DNA from: an uncultured Anaeroplasmatales bacterium
GTDB taxonomy: Bacteria > Bacillota_I > Bacilli_A > Acholeplasmatales > JAEDCM01
DNA length: 64,000 nt
Direction of reading: 5' to 3'
NCBI GenBank assembly: GCA_964634685.1
Contig: CAZWLD010000005.1
Span: 3,624 to 67,623, forward strand
Part shown: positions 58,304-64,000 of the stretch, in pieces
How the letters are laid out: every line of letters starts with the position of its first letter
Position numbering within the stretch: the stretch's first letter is position 1
Notes under the pieces: model-generated
Database searches by the model: none
What the model saw: only the letters and a program-made list of their open reading frames with translations
What the model was told of the DNA's origin: nothing
Program-made: the position numbers and the translations under genes

Positions 58304-59158
58304 CTAGTCAACTAATTGTGAAAGTCGAAGATTCACAAAATCCATATTAACTTCACGGAATTTTGACTTTTTCATTAATTTTTTTATTTTTTTATTTTCT
58401 TTTGAATCCGTAATTTTCGTGCCCTTTTGGAAGCCAGGCAAATCGATTAAATATTTTTCAATGGCTTCATAGACCTCGCTATAGGCGTAAATGTGCGTTT
58501 CTAAATTATTACAGGAGTAATAAATGTAATCGACAGCCGGCGGAATAATGGTATCTGTTCCTTCCTTCCATTTAATAGCGGTTCGCACAACATCAAATTT
58601 GTCTAATAAAAACATATATGATGGAGCATTGATGCCTTCGTTTAAATATTCAATTTGAAGCTCATAATTGGCCTTTTGATAATTCAATATATTGGATAGC
58701 TTTTTGGTCTCAACATAATGGTATTTTTGATATTCCTCAGGGAATTTTTCTTTACACACCGATTTAAAATATTGATAAACCTCATGAATTAAATTCATAT
58801 CAAATTTTAAAGCATCCTCAAATAATTCATTATAAACGTATAAATCGAGCTCATTACATAAGGCTTGAACTATTTCAAAAATGATATTAGCCTTATAATA
58901 TGGAACATATTCTCCCATTTGCATTCGGAAATTCAAATTGATAAAATTTGATTTAATTTTAAAAATGTTAGGAACTAAAAGCTTATGCTGAATCGTAAAA
59001 ACAGCTTTATTTTCAAGAGTTTCATCATAATAATTAAAATAACCAATTTCATCCTTTAATTCATACGTTATTTCCGGATATCTTGAAAAAAAAGAAAATA
59101 TTTTATCAGAATCAACTGATTTTTTACTGTCTCTGAAAAAATAAAAATTAAAATCCAT
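58304..59158 (-). CDS. hypothetical protein
   Basis: 284 aa, Tyr/Phe/Asn-rich, cytosolic and without a recognisable motif. Lies 14 nt upstream of deoC. Confidence 0.5.
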   Translation of the reverse strand: MDFNFYFFRDSKKSVDSDKIFSFFSRYPEITYELKDEIGYFNYYDETLENKAVFTIQHKLLVPNIFKIKSNFINLNFRMQMGEYVPYYKANIIFEIVQALCNELDLYVYNELFEDALKFDMNLIHEVYQYFKSVCKEKFPEEYQKYHYVETKKLSNILNYQKANYELQIEYLNEGINAPSYMFLLDKFDVVRTAIKWKEGTDTIIPPAVDYIYYSCNNLETHIYAYSEVYEAIEKYLIDLPGFQKGTKITDSKENKKIKKLMKKSKFREVNMDFVNLRLSQLVD

Positions 59159-59356
59159 ATAACATCACCTAAATGAAGTATAGCATTTTTAGACTTTATT
59201 TTCAAGAAAAAACGCTTATATATATCTTAATATAAAATAAATGATATTTCGTCTTTCTCATTAAGAAAAAACATTATTAGGTTTTATAATAAAATCTAAT
59301 GCATAATTTTCGCATTTTTTCCAAAATATGATATAATTGAGATAGGATGTGGTGAA

Positions 59357-59719
59357 ATGAATATTTTTGAATCCAGTGAGGATTATTTAGAACGAATCCT
59401 TATGCTCAAGGAAAAAAAGGGAATGGTGAGAGCCATCGATATAGCTAATGATATGAATTATACCAAGGCTAGTGTTAGTATTGCCCTAAAAAAGCTTAAA
59501 GAATCGGAATTCATTGAAATCAATAAAGGCTCAATTACCTTAACGGAAAAAGGTTATACTATCGCTTCTTCCATTCTTGAGCGGCATAATCTTTTGACAA
59601 AGGCGTTAGTTATGCTTGGTGTTCCCTTTGACATTGCAAGTAAGGATGCCTGCAAGATTGAACATGATTTATCTAAGGAATCCTATGATGCGATTAAAAA
59701 GCATCTTGAAAATCAATAA
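59357..59719 (+). CDS. DtxR/MntR-family metal-dependent transcriptional regulator (short form)
   Basis: SEDYLERIL...VRAIDIAN.MNYTKASVSIALKKLKE is the DtxR-type wHTH, followed by a dimerisation helix. 120 aa. Confidence 0.75.
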   Translation: MNIFESSEDYLERILMLKEKKGMVRAIDIANDMNYTKASVSIALKKLKESEFIEINKGSITLTEKGYTIASSILERHNLLTKALVMLGVPFDIASKDACKIEHDLSKESYDAIKKHLENQ

Positions 59720-59746
59720 TTTTTTTCGCAATAAAGGTATAAAAAA

Positions 59747-59776
59747 ATTCTGATTTTTTTAATCAGGATTTTTTTA
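59747..59776. terminator. bidirectional terminator between the regulator and the Big_2/VanZ gene
   Basis: ATTCTGATT (59747-59755) pairs with AATCAGGAT (59761-59769), flanked by an A-run and a T-run. Confidence 0.55.
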
Positions 59777-62414
59777 TTCCATTAAGCCAATATTTTTTTA
59801 TTACAATGATGACAATGATTATTATTGATAAAACTAAAGATGAAGATAAAAAGCCATAATAATCGAGTAAAACATCATCAAAAATACCTGTTCTTCCCGG
59901 CACAAAATATTGAATAAACTCGGTCATTCCCGCAATAATAAAGCCTAAAGCCATACTAATTGGGATTGAAAGATAGATTTTTCGCTTTTTAAAGATATAG
60001 AACCAAGCGAAGGTTGAGAAAAAGCCTAAAACTAAGAAGGCTCCAAAATGGCCAATTGATTTTCGAACTTTAAAAAAGAAATCATTATTCTTCTCAATAA
60101 AATTTTGACGAAGAACTTTTATTTTAATATCAAATTCATGGTGTTCAAAGCCATCATCCATCGTACAATGAATTGTTGCTGGGCCGGCCTTTTTCGGAGT
60201 AATGACTCCATCGTCACCAACTTCAGCAATCTTATCGTCACTAATTGAATATGATACATTACGATAGGTTGTATTTTTGGAAAAATTAAAGGAGATAATG
60301 GCACTATGTCCATTAATGATTTGGAAGACATCATTTTCCTTGGTAATACCTTGGCTCTTTATGGTATAAGCTTCATCACTTAATTCAATATAATTACGAA
60401 CGCTTATATTTATTTCCTTTGAAAGACCAGAATATTCTTCAATAATGGTAATACAAGCATCACCAATTGTCTTAAAGGATAGATTACCAGCGCTATCGAC
60501 AAAGGCGACGGGAGCGTTGCTTGATTGATATCTGATTTTTGAGATTGTTGCTTCCTTACCAATTACTGGTACTATTTGACATTTTTCATTAATGTATAAA
60601 TGAAGCTCATCCTTGCTCATTTCAATTTCTTCATTATTTATATAAACCAAGTAGTCAAGAGACTTAGTATATTCTTCAATTAAAACAATTTTATAGATTC
60701 TTTGATACTTCTCATAAAGTGAATTATCAATTATTGGTGTAATGATTAATTCACATTCTCCTTTTTCTAAGGCAAATATCTCAAAGGTATTTTGATTAAA
60801 GGATATTTTTTCATTACTTAGCTTAATATCATATTTTTGAATTCCTTCTGATTCATCATCAATCGTAAAGGTAAAGGTATCACCAACATTTATTTTGGTA
60901 TCAGGATTTAAAGATACTTCATATTCATAGAGGGCCTGGACCTTGATTATTTTAGAAATTCCCGATTCCTTGTGATAAACATACAAATCATAACAACCAG
61001 GGTTTGGAATTTTTAAAGAATCTTCAATTTTTCCATATCCGCCGGAAAGAAAATATTCAACATCTTGATTTTTAGGAAGATTAGGATACCAGGAGGTTAT
61101 TTGGATATTGTTTAAAGCATAAGAATCATTGACATATAAAAATAATTCATCAATAGACAATTCGAAATCTGTTGTTGTCGTATCCTCTACCTTCAAGATC
61201 TCGATATTAAGTAAAAATTCTTTCGAGGCTTCTCCATTATCGATAGTGACCTTAATTGTCGTATTTCCAGGATTAATACCGATAACCCGACCGGATTCGA
61301 TTCTTGCGATTTCTTCATTTTGACTATCATAGGTAACCGTCAAATCTAAAGCATAGCTAGGGTCTTTTTTTATTACGATTTTTTCTTGCTTTCCAACATA
61401 GATATTATTTTTAATTGAGACCTTCACATTTTCTAAATCAGCTCGAGGCTGAGGCAAAACTTCAATTTCCTTTAAGGCAAAAATATCCGGATAAACGCTT
61501 GATTGAACCGTAATAATGGCCGAGCCACCCCCACAACCAATAATATTGTTTCCTTTTATTTTTATAATTGAGGAATCATTTGAGGATAAAATATAATCAT
61601 CAAAGGTGGCATTTATCGGATTTAAAGATACCTCTAATCTCTTTTCTTGGGTTAAGTAAATCGAACTAGTTTCAATCGTTATATCTTTTAGATCAATAAT
61701 ATTTTCTTGCGTTACGATCACCTTTAAATCGGTAATTTTGTCATTGCTTTTAACGGTGATGGTAATTATTTTATCCAAGGAATTTTTAAGTGGAGTGATA
61801 ATATCATTAGTGATAGATAAAAATTCATTATCACTAAGATCGTAGGTTATCCTTTTATTGGTAGTATTTAAGGGTAATATCGTGTTGGTTATTAGATATT
61901 CGTTACCTAAATAAAGGGTATAAACACCGTCATTAGCCAAGGCATTAATAGTTGAGCTAATAGTTTCTGTAAAAACCTCATCAACAGATATGGAAAAGCT
62001 ATCCGTCAATTCCTCATATTTAGTGCTTCGAACAAGAATATCAACTTCTCCTGGATTATGAAAAGAAATCACGCCTTCACTACTAACAGAAGCGATTTCG
62101 GGATTCGATGACTGAAAGGATAATGATTTGTAGGTTGCGTTATTAGGAGTAACTAAGGTTTCTAATTTATATTCATCACCAACATTAATATTGGATATTT
62201 TATTGGTTATTTCAACTTTTTCAACTTTGACAACTTTTGTTTGATCATCCTTATAATCATTGATTATATCCGCAACCCCATTTCCAACGGCATTGCTTTG
62301 TTGACTTGAGATTTTTCCAGGCATCAAGGATTCGACGATTAAAACAATTATACATAAAATATAGGCAAACAAGAAAATGTTTTTAGCTGTAAAAAAACGT
62401 CTCATCATAAACAC
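59763..62414 (-). CDS. membrane-anchored protein with tandem Big_2 (bacterial Ig-like) domains and a C-terminal VanZ-like domain
   Basis: N-terminal TM and repeated Big_2-like units (e.g. INVGDEYKLETLVTPNNATYKSLSFQSSNPEIASVSSEGVISFHNPGEVDILV). The C-terminal 4-TM region with GHFGAF...EFIQYFVPGR...DDVLLD is VanZ-like. Confidence 0.7.
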   Translation of the reverse strand: MFMMRRFFTAKNIFLFAYILCIIVLIVESLMPGKISSQQSNAVGNGVADIINDYKDDQTKVVKVEKVEITNKISNINVGDEYKLETLVTPNNATYKSLSFQSSNPEIASVSSEGVISFHNPGEVDILVRSTKYEELTDSFSISVDEVFTETISSTINALANDGVYTLYLGNEYLITNTILPLNTTNKRITYDLSDNEFLSITNDIITPLKNSLDKIITITVKSNDKITDLKVIVTQENIIDLKDITIETSSIYLTQEKRLEVSLNPINATFDDYILSSNDSSIIKIKGNNIIGCGGGSAIITVQSSVYPDIFALKEIEVLPQPRADLENVKVSIKNNIYVGKQEKIVIKKDPSYALDLTVTYDSQNEEIARIESGRVIGINPGNTTIKVTIDNGEASKEFLLNIEILKVEDTTTTDFELSIDELFLYVNDSYALNNIQITSWYPNLPKNQDVEYFLSGGYGKIEDSLKIPNPGCYDLYVYHKESGISKIIKVQALYEYEVSLNPDTKINVGDTFTFTIDDESEGIQKYDIKLSNEKISFNQNTFEIFALEKGECELIITPIIDNSLYEKYQRIYKIVLIEEYTKSLDYLVYINNEEIEMSKDELHLYINEKCQIVPVIGKEATISKIRYQSSNAPVAFVDSAGNLSFKTIGDACITIIEEYSGLSKEINISVRNYIELSDEAYTIKSQGITKENDVFQIINGHSAIISFNFSKNTTYRNVSYSISDDKIAEVGDDGVITPKKAGPATIHCTMDDGFEHHEFDIKIKVLRQNFIEKNNDFFFKVRKSIGHFGAFLVLGFFSTFAWFYIFKKRKIYLSIPISMALGFIIAGMTEFIQYFVPGRTGIFDDVLLDYYGFLSSSLVLSIIIIVIIVIKKYWLNGIKKS

Positions 62415-62499
62415 CTACCTTCAAGTCATTTCTATAACTATATATTATCATTTTTTTTATAAAAAATAAAGATTAAGAAACGACAAAAAAATATTTTAA

Positions 62500-62886
62500 C
62501 TAAATGGAAATCCACCAGCAAACACCGAATCGATCAATAATCGTAGCACAGCATTTACTCCAAGGAACCTCATGAATCGGCTCAAGGACAACGCCGCCTT
62601 CACTCAAAGCATCAAAGGCCTTTTTGACAGCTTCCTCTGTCCCCATTTCAAAGACATTAAAGGTCATTGTTTCCCATTTATATTGGTGGACGATATTAAT
62701 ATCACAAGGGTTTTTAGCTTCAGCTAGGGCTAAAAAGCCTTCACCATTAACGGATAATTCGCAATGGTCATAGCCGGTATTGTTTTCGTTTGTAAATTCA
62801 GCTGTAATAACTGCCCCAAAGGCCTTACAATAAAGCTTAGCAGCTTCAAAGCTATTTTTGACATATACCTGATTATAGTTTTTCAT
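62500..62886 (-). CDS. VOC/glyoxalase-fold protein (PhnB-like)
   Basis: 128 aa. The pattern YCKAFGA...EL.V.G..F.L.....FGV.WWI resembles PhnB-like VOC proteins. Confidence 0.6.
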   Translation of the reverse strand: MKNYNQVYVKNSFEAAKLYCKAFGAVITAEFTNENNTGYDHCELSVNGEGFLALAEAKNPCDINIVHQYKWETMTFNVFEMGTEEAVKKAFDALSEGGVVLEPIHEVPWSKCCATIIDRFGVCWWISI

Positions 62887-62908
62887 TTCTTATTTTTTCC
62901 CCTTTTCC

Positions 62909-62944
62909 AATTTATTTTCAAGAATAAATTTATTTTCAAGAATA
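62909..62944. repeat. perfect 18-bp tandem duplication (AATTTATTTTCAAGAATA x2)
   Basis: The copies at 62909-62926 and 62927-62944 are identical. They lie 23-58 nt upstream of the VOC gene start. Confidence 0.9.
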
Positions 62945-62964
62945 ATTGTTAATTGTTTGTAATC

Positions 62965-63273
62965 TTAAATTAAATTCAAGTAATTTCTTCTTGATGAAAC
63001 AATAATATGGAGAACAATCTCTTTTTTTTCTTCATTAACTTTATAAAAAATAATATTTTGTTTGGACATTAAAGCACGATAACCTTGCTTATTTATAGCT
63101 TGGTATCTTGGAACAGTTCCCATAAAAGGATACTTTTTTAATTTTTCAATTTGTTCTTCAAGATACAATAAATAATCAATAGCTTCTTTTTGAGAAAAGG
63201 TATCATTTAAGTACATAATAATATCCATAAGTTGATCATTAAACTTATCAGTTCTAAGTACTATGTAATCCAT
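62965..63273 (-). CDS. type II toxin, ParE/RelE family
   Basis: 102 aa. YPFMGTVP....GYRAL.....IIFYKV.....IVLHII fits the ParE/RelE pattern. Its start abuts the stop of an upstream Phd-like gene. Confidence 0.65.
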   Translation of the reverse strand: MDYIVLRTDKFNDQLMDIIMYLNDTFSQKEAIDYLLYLEEQIEKLKKYPFMGTVPRYQAINKQGYRALMSKQNIIFYKVNEEKKEIVLHIIVSSRRNYLNLI

Positions 63274-63545
63274 TATAATTGAAGCTTCTTTCTTATATCT
63301 ATAAACGAATCACTTACAGGTTTTACTCTATCATTTCTAACATCATCCTCAGATTCAGATAACATTTTAAGGAGTTCTAATTCAGCTTGCATTTGATTAA
63401 ATTGTTCTAAACTTAAAATTACTGTATCACCATGACCATTTACTGTAATATAAACTGGTTTTCTTGTTTCTTTACATAAATTTGAAATCTCATTATACTT
63501 ATTTCGTAATTCAGATGATGGTCTAATATAATCCATTAATATCAC
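63273..63545 (-). CDS. type II antitoxin, Phd/YefM family
   Basis: SELRNKYNEIS......PVYITVNGHGDTVILSLEQFNQMQAELELL is the Phd/YefM N-terminal fold pattern. Confidence 0.7.
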   Translation of the reverse strand: MILMDYIRPSSELRNKYNEISNLCKETRKPVYITVNGHGDTVILSLEQFNQMQAELELLKMLSESEDDVRNDRVKPVSDSFIDIRKKLQL

Positions 63546-63653
63546 TCTCCTATCATTATTATATCAAAATTTAGATAAGTTAGCAAGTGAAAAAAATATC
63601 ATCAATTAAAAAGCTAACTACTGTAAATGTTTCAGATAAAAAACTTATTTAAC

Positions 63654-63685
63654 AAAAAAAGCATCTTCAAATTGAGTGATGCTTT
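63654..63685 (-). terminator. possible terminator downstream of the RhuM-like fragment
   Basis: AAAGCATC (63658-63665) pairs with GATGCTTT (63678-63685) around a 12-nt loop, followed on the minus strand by 7 T. Confidence 0.4.
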
Positions 63686-63793
63686 AGTTTATTAAGTTGA
63701 TAGTTTGCGACTTAGAAGTCGTCCCCCACCCATTTCAGACCACTCCAACTACCAAGGTCCTTAATTGATTATTCCCCGCTTTTTGAAGATTTC

Positions 63794-64000
63794 TCAACCT
63801 TTCAGGCTCTTCTCAATCGAAGAATATAGAATTATCACTTTAAATCCAATTGCTATAATCATTTGGAGATTATAATGAATCACGTCTCTACCAATAGATC
63901 TATCACCTTCATTTTGAACTATTCGAAATTTTCGAGTAGTTGAACTCTCTAATAGTTCTTTATCATTATAAATTTTTTTAATATGATAATTAATGGTATG
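63794..64000 (-). pseudogene. RhuM-family gene fragment; the 5' end is outside the window and the ORF is C-terminally truncated
   Basis: The minus frame from base 64000 gives ...IKKIYNDKELLESSTTRKFRIVQNEGDRSIGRDVIHYNLQMIIAIGFKV, then diverges and stops at 63794. RhuM proteins continue well beyond the conserved GYRV block. Confidence 0.5.

Noticed and set aside
926-61323. Remaining short track ORFs nested in larger genes, either antisense (for example 926-1174, 2648-2887, 7902-8108, 9396-9614, 12160-12366, 20296-20572, 24572-24754, 34389-34643, 40364-40792, 45534-46281, 57628-58266, 61129-61323) or out of frame on the same strand (1947-2195, 3850-4053, 15940-16128, 49883-50086, 57321-57533, 60119-60334)
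   Set aside because: They are shadow ORFs inside well-supported genes in an AT-rich genome. None has an RBS or a recognisable motif.
1-64000. Prophage, transposon or integrative element spanning part of the window
   Set aside because: No integrase, transposase, recombinase, phage structural gene, tRNA target or terminal repeat pair was seen. Only small accessory insertions are present (Fic, the AAA_14 ATPase, and the TA pair plus RhuM fragment).

Overview
AT-rich (by eye) chromosomal segment from a spore-forming Bacillota (Firmicutes) genome. A finer taxonomic call is not possible without a database search. There are about 60 genes, nearly all on the minus strand, and no rRNA, tRNA, CRISPR array, integrase or transposase was seen. 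Recognisable content: apt-relA-dtd, nadCBA, rarA, rnj, dpaA/dapA, recU-ponA, a TPP riboswitch with thiT, spoVAC/D/E, spoIIAA-spoIIAB-sigF, SPFH/NfeD, an ABC-F protein, an ABC-2 exporter, a PBP5-type carboxypeptidase, dapH-dapF, pdp, an XPD/DinG-like helicase, thyA-folA-plsC, a tail-less SSB, an M16 peptidase pair, deoC-deoD, a DtxR/MntR-like regulator, a Big_2/VanZ surface protein and a ParE/Phd toxin-antitoxin pair. The stand-out is a tightly coupled seven-gene minus-strand operon at 15416-25716. It encodes a Zn-ribbon/TIR protein with a large helical C-terminal region, three diverged paralogous coiled-coil proteins each ending in a 2-TM hairpin, a 59-aa ORF missing from the supplied track, a 164-aa protein and a Ycf46-like classic AAA+ ATPase. 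Its gene content matches no named TIR system I know, so I flag it as a candidate undescribed conflict/defence or membrane-remodelling system. Secondary items: an orphan small-RNA unit with a consensus promoter and terminator (15079-15247), a catalytically dead FtsK/SpoIIIE paralogue, a 33-bp-periodic repeat carrying Rex-like operators (44503-44650), a non-canonical gene in the DpaB slot, and AT-rich accessory insertions (Fic, AAA_14/DUF4143 ATPase, TA pair plus RhuM fragment). All family assignments come from motif recognition by eye; no searches or computations were run.
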